From Selaginella moellendorffii (Eukaryota > Plantae > Lycopodiophyta), in the NCBI RefSeq assembly GCF_000143415.4, contig NW_003314271.1:2795729-2859728 (forward strand): DNA of 64,000 nt, given 5' to 3'. The position numbers and the translations under genes are program-made. Position 1 is the stretch's first letter, and each line of letters begins with the position of its first letter. Shown here in pieces: positions 9,471-21,500 of the stretch. The notes below the pieces were generated by a model. It was given only the letters and a program-made list of their open reading frames with translations, did not search any database and had not been told where the DNA came from.

Positions 9471-12400
9471 ATGGTGAAGAGGAACCATGCTGATGACGCT
9501 GAAACCTCTAGACGGGCAAATCAAGAGGAGGAAACTCCTGCTAGAGATGCTGCGGAAGGGGCTGAGGCCGAGTCAAAAGAGGATGAGCCAAATGCTGCAG
9601 CACTGCAGCGCACGGCTCATGAAGTCGAGATTGAGAATTTGCGAAAGGAGATTTGCAAATTGAAGAAGGAGAACAAGAAGAGGAAGAAAGAAGCTGAGGT
9701 AATTAAACCAGCTAAGCCTAAGCAACCGGACTCCTCTTCAAGTTCTGAGGACGATGAAGTTCTGCAGCCACCCCCGGTTGCACGAGTTTCAAAGTTCAAG
9801 CCTCCAAAACCACCCAATTTCAGAGGCATGCGGGACTATCAGGTTTTGGAAGACTGGGTCTACGATATGGAGAACTACTTCATAGCGGCAGACGTAGATG
9901 ATCGTACGAAAGTTGCGTGCGCGCAATCCTTTCTCACCGATCATGCCAAAACTTGGTGGCGCCAGGTGTGCCGAAAAAGGGCAGACTAGAAGTTGGACCA
10001 AGATGCGGTCTCGTATCCGTAAGGAATACTTGCCGGATGATCTTGGTCTGAGACTTCGCGCAGAGCTGCGGCAGTTAAAGCAGCGAGGGGACCTTATGCA
10101 TTACGTTAATGCGTTTGCTCAGAAGCGCATTATGATTGCAAATATGAGTGACGAAGATGCTCGGAGTTATTTTCTAGAGGGTTTAAGTTCATTTTCTCGC
10201 AATGAGATTTTGAAGTTTAAGCCGAAGACTTACCTGGAGTGTAAGGAGGCAGCACAGCAAGTTGCCTTTAGTCACTCGCTCATGGAACAATATCAGCAAC
10301 CTTATGCTGGTAACTCGGATAAGAATAGGAATTCTGGGAATAAGCAAGGTGATCAGAAACAAAGGGTGGAAGGTAGGTACCACCCTGGGGGCTCACAAAC
10401 TACGGTGAATAAAGGTGGTGGTGGTTGGAGACCACCAGCAGCTTCTTCTGGTCCTAGGCCCTCTGTTCCTCCTCCTGGTGGGTACAAGCAGCAGCAACCT
10501 ACAAAACCTGCTCCTAGCGGAATGGGTAGTGTGGGTCATTGCTTCCATTGTGGAGAGTCGGGACATAGGTCCTCGGAATGTCCCAACAAGCATAAGACAA
10601 GGTCTCGGGTTAATGTCATGAGGGAAGACGGTGGTGGTGAAGTTGAAGGGGTTGACGAGTTGGTCAATGCAGACTATGAGGAAGAAGAGGTGAGTAACTT
10701 TCGTTGCTTTCCTCAAGCTTTTCTTGCAGTCAACGCAAACACTGATCCGTTGATGTATCTGGTAGGCTTTGTCCGTGGACACCGAATCCGAGTGATGATT
10801 GACACGGGAGCTACGCACAGTGTGATATCCGAAGACTTAGTTAAGTTGTTAGGATTGAATGCTGAGCAAATGTCGCCTATGCACTTCCGGTTTGCGGAAG
10901 GTGGGCAAGTAGCCAGAAAGTTTGTGAGTGATGTTCCAATAAAGATATCCAAGTGGAAAGAAAGAGTGGACTTGGTAGTGTTGAAGATACCAGATTTTCA
11001 GATGGTGTTTGGTATGGATTTCTTCAACAAGTATATAAAAGGGATTTATGGTGCTGGACAAAGTCATATCACGTTGAAGTCAGAAGGACATCCTGATGTA
11101 TCCTTTCAGTTGCAAAAACGTTCCTCAAAAGATTGGGATGCAAAGTTCCTGACTGCGAGGGCCGCTCAAAAAGCAGCTAAGAGGGGATGTCAGACCTTTT
11201 GGGTTCAAGTGATGGAAACTGAGGGTATTGGTGACTCAGTTCGAATCGGCGACGGGGTTGATCCCGTACCAAAGAAGATATTGGAGTTGTTGGCGAGGAA
11301 TCAGGATATCTTCCCGAAGGATTTGCCGCCAGGGCTACCTCCTAGCCGTGAGGTTGATCATCGGATTGAGGTTATTCCGGGTTCTAAACCACCTACAAAA
11401 GTTCCATATCGGTTGAACATCAAGGAGATGGCTGAACTCAAGAAGCAACTCACGGAGCTTCTTGACAAAGGTCATATCCGACCAAGCAAGTCACCTTATG
11501 GAGCGCCAGTCCTTTTTGTTATGAAAAAGGATGGAACCATGAGGATGTGTATTGACTATCGGGCACTCAACAAGATCACGGTTAAAAACAGTTATCCTTT
11601 GCCTCGCATTGATGACTTGTTTGACCAACTCTTAAAGGCTAAGTATTTTACGCGACTTGATTTGCGGTCCGGGTATCATCAGATACGGGTGGCAGATCAG
11701 GATGTGGAGAAGACAGCCTTTAAGACTCGGTACGGATCTTATGAGTTCCTTGTCATGCTGTTCGGGTTATGCAATGCTCCGGCAACGTTCAGCACTATGA
11801 TGGATAGAATATTCGGAGATTATTTGGACGCATTTGTTGTCCTATACATCGACGATGTTCTTGTCTTTAGTGAGACGTTGGAGGATCATTTGAAACACTT
11901 GGAGCTAGTGTTTCAGAAATTGCGCGAACACAAACTATATGCTAAGGAAAGTAAATGCGCTTTTGGTCAATTGCACGTAAACTTTCTCGGACATATAGTT
12001 GGTGGTGGCGTGATTGAGGTCGATCCAAAGAAGGTGGAAGCGGTGAAGTCCTGAGAAGTCCCGACCACTGTATCAGATGTTCGTTCCTTTCTCGGTTTGG
12101 CGGGATACTATCGCAAGTTTGTCCGCAATTTTGCAAGGATTGCTCTTTCGTTGACTGAGTTGACAAAGAGTAGTATTCCGTTTCATTGGACACCAGCTTG
12201 CCAGCGTGCTTTTGCATGGTTGAAGGAGATCTTGACTACGGTTCCTGTTCTTAGGATCCCAGATCTTGATAAACCTTTCGAAGTGCATTGTGATGCATCT
12301 GGCTATGCTATCGGTGCCGTGTTGCAGCAAGATTGTGACAAAGCGGTTGGTGTTACGCTAAGGCGACATGGTTGTCCCGTTGTGTTTTATTCCAAGAAAT

Positions 12401-14066
12401 TGGATGAGACCCAACAAAGATGGCCAACGCATGAGAAAGAGATGTTTGCTATAGTGTCGGCCCTGGAACACTGGAGACACTACTTGGGTGGACATACCAA
12501 GGTTTATACAGATAGTAACACACTGAGCTACTTTGCTACGCAGCCTAAGCTTACGCTGAAGCAGGTTCGTTGGCAAGAGAAACTTGCTAGATATGATATT
12601 GAAATCATATATAAACCTGGTAAGGACAATATTGTTCCGGATGCGTTGAGTCGTCAAGCTCAATTCCGGGCAATATCGGCAATCAGTTCAGACTGGTTGG
12701 AAGACGTTCGGGCTTCGTATGGGAGTGATCCATTGGCGAAGACAATCTTACGCCGTGCGGAGTTGTCGAAGCAGAGCTCTGGTAGCGAAGCAGCGAAAGT
12801 TGCTAGTCGCACTAATGCAAAGCTTCACTTCTTAGTTCGGGATGGGCTTATATTCTATAAGCAAGAAAGATTGTATCTTCCCTCTAAGGATCTTCAGCAG
12901 TTATTTCTGCGGGAACATCATGATGTTCCAGCAGCGGGACATGGTGGACAGCGAAAGACTCTAGCTTCATTGAAAAAGGGATTTCATGGCCATTTCAAAG
13001 TGTGACACTTGATTTCGTCACTTGTTTGCCGAAGTCTAAGGGTTATGATACTTTGATGGTGGTTGTGGATCGGTTGTCAAAGATTGCACACTTCATTCCA
13101 ACTGTGGGAACAGTAAATGCGAAACAAGCAGCAAAGCTCTTTTTCCATGAAGTAGTGCGAGTTCGTGGTCTTCCTGAAGAAATGATCTCAGATAGAGATT
13201 CGAGGTTTACAGGGAAGTTTTGGGGAACCCTATTCCAGTTGTTTGGTACCAAGTTGAAGTTTAGTACGGCTTATCATCCTCAAACTGATGGGCAGACCGA
13301 ACGTGTGAATGCTCAAGTTGAGGATTATCTGCGGTACTATGTCGCGGCGGACCAACGCGACTGGGTTGAGCATTTGGATACAGTAGAAATTTGTTATAAC
13401 AACACATTTCACAGCGCTATAGGCTGTTCTCCATGGGAGATGTTGCAAGGAAATGCTCGTGGGGTTCCTCAACAGATCGTTGTCCCGAAACCAATGACCA
13501 AAGTGTTGGTCCCAGCCGTTGAAACTTATGCGGAGCAGCTACGCCAAGGTTGGTCTAGAGCTACTGAGGCGATGGGCAAAGCTCAGGATAGGTATCGACG
13601 TGATAAGGATCAGCATCGTCGGGATGTATCCTATCAAGTGGGAGATCAGGTGTGGCTATCTTCCTGAAACTTGAATATTAAGGGTTCTTTGTCTCGGAAG
13701 CTCTTGCCGAGATATGTTGGACCCTATCGGGTGTTAAAACGTCTTGGTGATGTATCCTATCAGTTGGATATTCCAGAAGAGATGTTCAGCCTTCATGATG
13801 TGTTTCATGTCAGTTTACTGGCCCCATATCATGAGGATCCTAGCCGCTCTAGGAATGTTCGTCCAGCTCCGGATGTTATTGATGGTGAACCGGAGTATGA
13901 GGTTGAGGCCATCCTTTTGTCTCGTAAGGCACGTGGTGGTCGTGCGAAGGAATATCTAGTTAAGTGGAAAGGTTACCCGACTTGTGAATCAACTTGGGAA
14001 CCTCTTAGTAATCTTGTACATGCCCGTGAGCTTGTCACGGAGTATGAGAATAGTAATAAAAAATAG
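9471..14066 (+). pseudogene. gag-pol of element 2 (Gag, CCHC, PR IDTGAT, RT YIDD, RH, IN, GPY, chromodomain)
   Basis: ORFs 9282-9989, 9898-12054, 12097-13005, 13002-13667, 13671-14066; frameshift near 9968, TGA at 12052 and 13665, deletion of IN zinc-finger CxxC near 12990. Confidence 0.95.
10690..10729 (+). other. Candidate retained 40-nt intron at Gag/protease junction of element 2
   Basis: GAG|gtgagt...cttttcttgcag|; phase 0; splicing gives STQTLIR*. Confidence 0.55.
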
Positions 14067-16878
14067 CTTTTGTAAATCTTGTAATAAATCTTGCAAATTA
14101 ATAAAGTAAAATATTTCTATCACTTAAAGTGTCGTTTCTCTCGATCATTTGTACTTGGGTCAGTTTTGGCAAGCTGACTTCGGCACTTCGGTGCATGGGT
14201 CCAATCCATAACCATGGGGATAACTATTATAGACTAATCACAAGTCCCCGCCTCTCTCTCGATGTCTCATTTTCCAAAAGGGGCGTGGTCGTGTAAACAA
14301 CTTCATCTGCCAGTTTATAATAGTTGTCTAAATCTTCCCGACGGGGTTGATTTCTTGCTCAGGGGAAGTTGGGCCTCTGGTCTTCTCCCTATATCCCTGT
14401 GGGCAGGGATGTATCATTCCTTTGTAAGCCGAGTGGTACTCGGAGTAGCAAGGGTGGCTAACTCCGTTGGTCATTTCCTTGTCGGCGACGGCCGGAGGGT
14501 GTCTGAGTCTTAGCGTCTTTCGACGTAGAGGAGAGGTCGTTCCATAACTCAGTGTGTTTCCCACATAGTGTGCCTTCCATTAACTTTCGGAGTTGTTTCC
14601 TTGACGGTTTGCTAGACTCGGGTATGCATCGACGAGGATGTCGATCTTCCCCAAGGGGGGGAGAGTGTCGCGAATGTGACTTCGGGTATCAAAAGATACT
14701 TGTTGGCTAGTACTTACGGACTCTCTCTTCTTACTGCCACGACGGCAGGAGGTCGGTACTGCTGGTTCCCTTTATGGTCTCCGCCCAAGCTAGTTGAGAA
14801 ATTGGTCAACACATGTGCACTTAGACCGGAAGGGCACTAAGGAAGGAAATCCTAAGTTGTCATTAAGTCAAGCATACTTAGCCCGGCTTTTTAGTTCTCT
14901 TTTGCTCTGTCTTACACTGGTTTGGCAAGAACCCTCGCGTATTGAGACTAGTCCCTCGATATTCGCTAGATGATAGCTTACCGTGTTTGTCAAACACCCT
15001 CGCTATCACGCCCTTTGTGTTAGTCTCGTTTTGGTCCTAAATGCTATTTATGGAAAGTGTCTAGATTCGCTCATTTGGCATATCTATGGAATGTAGAGGT
15101 CAGCCTGAACACAATGGTGTTCGTCCCGTGTCCAAATTCGCAATCTAAGGCCATTCCATATTTAGTAAGTTTCAAACTTGTCCCAGAGACTAACTCCTGG
15201 TACTAAGGGAGGCTTGGGGTGAAAGCCCAAAGCGTGTGTCCCTCAAGGGGGGGGGGCTGTGGGGGGTTCCAAATGTATAGTAGGAATAGTGGTTGGCATG
15301 TCCGACCACCTGAGACATTAGTTTGGCTCCCGCTGGGTTGTGTCTCTCCTTGTTTTGCGTCCGGCTTGGGTCTAAGACCAAGCTCCACGCTGCTCTAGTC
15401 GGTGGGGTACCCTCCTCCTCGCGTTAGGCCACCGGTATGCCAAAATTGTGCCAGACTCCGTCTGACACCATTTTGCGTGCAGGTGTTGGATACGGGGAGC
15501 TGGTGCTCGTGGGATTGTACCGAACCCTCGTTTCGTGGCGCTACGGGCTTGGAGTTCGGCTCCAAATTTAGGTGCGCTACAGCTACACTCCCCGCAGGCA
15601 CAAGCAGCCAAGCACACCAAGCCTCCAGATTCCTAACACCCCTTGGTACCACAAGACTTGATCATGGGACCCTCTAAATCCCAAGCCTTGGGTGCAGCAC
15701 TTGCTTCGGGACGTCGGTGCGAAACACCATGGCCTAACGGCCCGGTATGGGTACCTCTACCCCCCACTTCCATCTCGAAGGGAAGGCCCAAGCCCTTAGG
15801 AAGGGCGAGGACCAATGAGCCACAAGGTACTCAAGTGGGGCACCACTCCACATGAGCCGGGAGCACCGCAGTCGGTTTCCCTTTCGGGAGTGGGAGCTGC
15901 TCTTGAGCACTTCCCTGGGTGGCCCCTCCGGCACCACGCAAGCCCATGCTCACTCCCACCCAAGGCCCCTCGGCCCCAATCTCAACCTCAAGTCGGTTTG
16001 GAAGCCCTACTGGAGAGTTCCTTCAAGACTGGTTCCTGGACCTCACTATCCCTACTATACTTTTGGAACCCCCTGCAGCCCCCCCCCCCGCCCCCCCCTG
16101 GGAGACACACGCTTTGGGCTTTCACCCCTTGAGCTGTATTAGTATGTGGACTTAGTCTCGGACTCGATCTCGGACTCGATCTTGGACCTGATCTCGGACT
16201 CGACTTTGGACTCGACCTCGGACTCGGTCTTGGACCCAATCTGGATCTCGGACTCCGTCTCGAACTCGGTCTCAATCTCAGTCTCCGATTCAGCCTCGGC
16301 TCGATCCCGGACTCTATCTCGAACTCGGTCTCAGAGTCGGTCTTGGACTCGATCTTCGACTCGGTCCCATCCGATGAACTCTTTGTCATTTCAGTCAAGC
16401 TTTCGGGGATCCTTTAGCCTACGACATCTCGGGGAGTCGGTTCCTTACTCCCCCCCTTCCCCCCCCCCCCCCCCACCTTGAGGAACACATGCTTTGGGCT
16501 TTCACCCCAAGCCTCCCTTAGTACTAGGAGTTAGTATCTGAGACAAGCTCAAAATTTACTAAATATGGAATGTCTCTAGATTGCGAATTTGGACACGAGA
16601 CAAACATCATTGTGTTCAAAACAATCTCTATATTTCATAGATATGCCAAATGAGCAAATTTGGACACTTTTGATAAATAGCATTTAGGACCAAAATGAGA
16701 TTAACATAAAGGGCATGATAGCGAAGGTGTTTGGCAGACATGGTAAGCTATCATCCAGCGATATTGAGGGATTAATCTTAATACGTGAGAGTTCTTGTCA
16801 AGCTAATGCAAGACAGAGCAAAAGAGAATTAAGAGCCAGGCCGAGTATGCTTAGCTAGAAACACATATGAGTTCCTAC

Positions 16879-18544
16879 TGTGAGACACAAAATCCCTAGG
16901 CCCCAAAGTGGAGCTGGAAATGGTGCCACGTGGTAGTGGCCAAAGTGAAAGCCAAACGAGCGTAACACGTTTGGACTAAAAGCTCCGACTTGAAAGGTCG
17001 AGAGTGGGAGTGGAACTCCCAACAAAGTGCTCGAGGAACAAGCACGAAGCGAGCAATAAGCGAGGCTCCAAAAAGGGACCCAAAAAGGACCAACACATGA
17101 CACGTGGAAGTGTCCGAGATGGAGTCCGAGACGGACCCTAGTTGGAGTCCGAGATGGATCCGAAGTGGAGTCCGATATGGAGTCCGAAGTGGAGTCCGAG
17201 ATGGAGTCCGAGATGGACCCGTAGTGGAGTCCGAGGTGGAACAAGACGGAGGATGGAGTCCGAGATGGAGTCCGAGATGGACCCGAGATGGACCCGAGAT
17301 GGAGTCCGAGATGGACTGAGACGGAGTCCGAGATGGAGTCCGAGATGGACCGAGACGGAGCCCGAGATGGAGTCCGAGATGGAGTCCGAGGTCGAGACCG
17401 AGACCGGGACCGAGACCGAGACCGAGACCGGGACCGAGACCGAGACCGGGACCGAGACCAGGACCGAGACCGAGACCGAGGCCAAGGCTGAGACCGAGCC
17501 CAAGTCCGAGTCCGAGTCCGAGTCCGAGTCCGAGTTCGAGTCTGAGAGGGTGAAAGCCCAAAGCGTTCGTCTCCCAGACCCTGGGGGGTTTGGTGAGCTC
17601 CAAAAGTATAGTAAGGGGGAGGACTGTAGTGGAGCCAGTTTGGCCAGGAAAGGCCAGTTCGGCCCAGGAAGGCCAGACCCAGTGTTGGGTGATGAACTGA
17701 CCACTGGGAAGTCCAAGACTAGAGTGAATACGGACCGACAAGCGGGGTAGCTTGGTGAAGTGTTCAAGAGCTGGCTCTAGTTCCCCCGGGAGATCGACTG
17801 GCCGATGCTCCCAGTCCAAGTGTGGGTGGCACTACCTACTTGGATACCAGGCGTGGCTCAACGGAACCTCGCTCTAAGCCCATGGCTAGAGCACCTAAAG
17901 GCGAAAGGCGGGGAGAGTACCCAGGTGGCTCGCGTAAGGCCACGGTGTTCCAAAATGTTGTCCCAAAGGCCCAGACTGTGGAAAGGAAGAGGAGCAGTCC
18001 TCTGGGGTAGTGACCAAGGACACAGTCGTGTGGTGAGGAAGTCCCAGAGGACCGTGGGACTTAGTGGTCGGGCCTGTGGGCCTCGATCCAGTGGCAGTGT
18101 TGGCAAAAACACGACCAGGGGCAGAAAGGGACTTGGTAGGAACTGACAAAGGGACTTTGGGGAAGGCGATTCCCCAGGTCTGTGGGCATCCTAAGGATGC
18201 TAAGGTGTGGATCTAGGATGACCACTCATGGACAGATGGCCCAGTCTTAGAGAGACGGGATGGTGATGCAAGTGGCATTGGACCACTAGTGCAGCAAAGG
18301 TGAATGGGCATTTCCTTAGCGTAACGGGCCGAGATGTCAGTGGTACCTTTGGGTGTCGGTCTTGGGACCGGACACGTGGAGCACTTGGACCAGGTGCAAG
18401 TGTTGAGTGGCATGGATGCCATTCTTGGGGCTAGCAAGTCCCAAGTCCTGAATTGGACTTATGGAGGTTGTGAATGAGACTCCTCCAAGTGGTCGGAGGT
18501 GTGGTTAAGTGACTAAAGTAGATTGGAAAAATTAGTCACTTACA
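16879..18544 (+). mobile_element. Solo LTR, family C (1666 bp), inserted in a family-B LTR
   Basis: TGTGAG..CTTACA; TSD CCTAC 16874-16878 and 18545-18549; host LTR rejoins as in the uninterrupted copy near 23620; internal hexamer array. Confidence 0.95.
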
Positions 18545-21500
18545 CCTACCTTATGTCCATCTGGCTAAATACAGGTGCTAAGCCCAGTAAACTAACACTT
18601 AAACAAAAGGGGCTAATAAAAGGAATTAACAATACTAACCTCCTACCATCGTGGCAGTAAGGAAAGAGTGTCTGTAAGGATTGGCCGACAGGTAACTTTC
18701 AATACCTGAAGTCAGATTCGCAACACTCTCCCTCCCTAAGGAAGATCGACGTCCTCGTTGATGCATACTCTAGTCTAGAATACTGCCAAGGAAACAACTC
18801 TAGAAAGAAGTTTATGGTATTCATACTATGTGAGAAATGCACCAACTTAAATGAGTTAGGAGGCAGCATCTTTGCCTAACGCGGATGCGCTACTAGCTCA
18901 GACACCTTCCAACCGTCGCCAACAAGGAAATGACCAACAGAGTTAGCCACCCTTGTTGCTCTGGGTGTCACCCAACTTACAAAAGTGTGATACGCCCCTG
19001 CCTACAGGGACATAAAGAGAAAAGCCAGAGGCCCCAACCCTCATGAGCAAAGAAACCAAACTCGTCGGTAAGGTTTAGATAGACTACTATAAATGGCAGT
19101 TAGAGTTGTTTACATGGTCATGCCCTTTAAACGGAATAAGGAACATTGACAGAGAGGCAGGTGATATGATCAGTCGACAGTAGCTACCCCATGACTAGAA
19201 ATTTCACCATGCACATAAAGTGCTGAAACCAGTCTACCTATTTTGGCCCAAACTCAAAGATCAAGAGATGGACAATATCAAAGTCATAAACAATGATATC
19301 TTAGAGACTTAATTATCAATCAATATATCTTAGTTTAGAACACAAAGGTATTCCAAGTAAGTTATCATCCAATAAACTAGTATTATAGGATAGGAACCAC
19401 CAAGATCATTAGAATTGGTAAACACAGGATTCACCATTCAACAAAATTTAATAGCAAGTATATCATCAAGGAAATTCAATGATAAAGTTTAACTATCAAA
19501 GATTGCAGACAAAATGCTAAACAACTTACAAAAGATAACTCAAAGAACATAAAGTATCATTAATTGGCAAGCAAGATGCTCATGAATGTATCACCAAAGG
19601 AAATAACATTCCAATGTATCAGAACTAACTCAAGTAACAATTAACAGAATAGAATGAATGTGGTAAGACCAACAAATACCCATTTATGCCAACTATCACA
19701 AAAGCCAATCTGAATAGATCTCGGTCAATAATACTAAAGAACTAGAGTTGTCTAAGAAAGTTTTAGTAACATCCTACTGTTGTTTCAAACCCAATAGACC
19801 AATCCAGAGTAAACCACAAAGAACATATGATAATGCGAAAGCCAAAAGCTATCAAATAATACAACTAACCATCATAAAAGATCATTAATCATCCTATCAA
19901 TGAAGAGATGCATAATCATTGTTAAAAAAAGAATTTACTATCCCAAAGAATAGCAAATCATTCTATATCAATAATAATCAAGCAAAATCTTTGATAAGGA
20001 TAATCAATTATCCTAGATGATAGTCAATTATCACCAATGATTGCCATATGCAAAAGCCAATTTCAACATCAAAGCTAATAAGCTAAAATGCCTTCTCCCA
20101 ACAACTTTTAACGAATGGAACAATAAGTATAAAACTCAAAGAACCAAAAGCTCGAAGAAGCCTATAGCTAAGTTTTGCTTAATAATGATTAAATAAAAAT
20201 TCAAACATTCTAATATTGATCACTAACTCTTCCTCTTGTAAAGCTAGTATAGTTCACGACTAAATCACTTTTCAAGGAAAAGCTCAAAACTCAACCCCTA
20301 CTAAACAATCTCATCGAAAACTTAACTAACTCAACTTGCCACTCAGTTCATTTGAATGTCAATACAGTTGTTAACTAGCAAATGCACGAATGCTAATAAC
20401 ACAAAGCTATAGCCAAATCATCAACACTATTTTCATCGAGACTAATGAAACTCAAAGTCAATCCTAAGGAGAAACATTTCATCTCACTTAAATCTCAACA
20501 TCAATAATGTCAACGACAAGGCAATACTTCAATATCATTAACACTATAATAAAGCTAGAAGAAAGCAAGAGTGAATCACCACTCAAAGCTCTCTAGCAAC
20601 CAAGCTAACCAAAATCAAAAATACTTTACTAAGTATCCAAGACTAATCCTTCAGCAAAACTTAGTTACAAATAACACTTCATCAAGGAGTGATTCACCAC
20701 ATCCAAGACTTAATGAAATCCAACACTATGAACTAAACACAACCAAATGACATCGACAAATGTAGAATTGACATGCCAACATGGAAAAACCATGTAAGTC
20801 TAATGACACGATCCTCCACAATACCATTCGGTAAAGCAAGCCCATCACTACTAAACCATCATTGAGTGAAGCAAGTGTCAAATAATCTTTGACGAAATCT
20901 ACAAGCAATCACTAGTTGCAAAGCAACTAATAATCACTCTTCAACTTGCCTTCATAAGACCCAACACTAAACTCATGCCATTGAGTCATATACTTGTCTA
21001 GCATAAATATAATACCCCAGGTATAAGATAAAGGTTCATGGACAATCATAAACTAAATAATACATCTAGTCAATAGCTCTGAGTATATCTTGAAGAGGCT
21101 AGCTATGCATAACCAACACTTAGTCAAAACTAAAGTGAAGACTATGAGATGAACTCATATTGGTACACAACCTCTTTAGAAACAAAGCTATAGTACGGGT
21201 ACTAACATCTCAACCTCAAACAACTAAGTTGGACATCACTATCCTCAGCCAAGGTGTAGGGCCACCAAGATCAAATCAAGATCAATGAGAGCTCACTACT
21301 CTCATAAAGTCTAACAAAATACAAGGTGCAACTTGCGACCAAGCTTGTTGCATTATACATATTGCATTATACATATTGTTGCGTTGTTGCATTGTTGTTT
21401 TTTGCGCATAATGCTACAGAAAAAAAGCACAAGGGTCACCCTTCTTAGAAAAGCATAACAGCCACTTTTCTACATTAACTCCAGACTCTATCCAACTCAA

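Larger units (their letters stand above)
8357..15581 (+). mobile_element. Ty3/gypsy chromovirus element 2 (LTR family B), inserted in the 5' LTR of element 1
   Basis: LTRs 8357-9280 and 14666-15581 (TG..CA); TSD GCTAC at 8352-8356 and 15582-15586; PBS tggtatcagag 9283-9293; PPT 14653-14665. Confidence 0.97.
1745..16449 (-). mobile_element. Ty3/gypsy chromovirus element 1 (LTR family A), full length, defective
   Basis: LTRs 1745-2891 and 8115-16449 (split by element 2); TGTAAG..CTTACA termini (last base of right LTR mutated); TSD CCCCC in a poly-C tract; PBS-Met; PPT; gag-PR-RT-RH-IN-chromo order. Confidence 0.95.
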
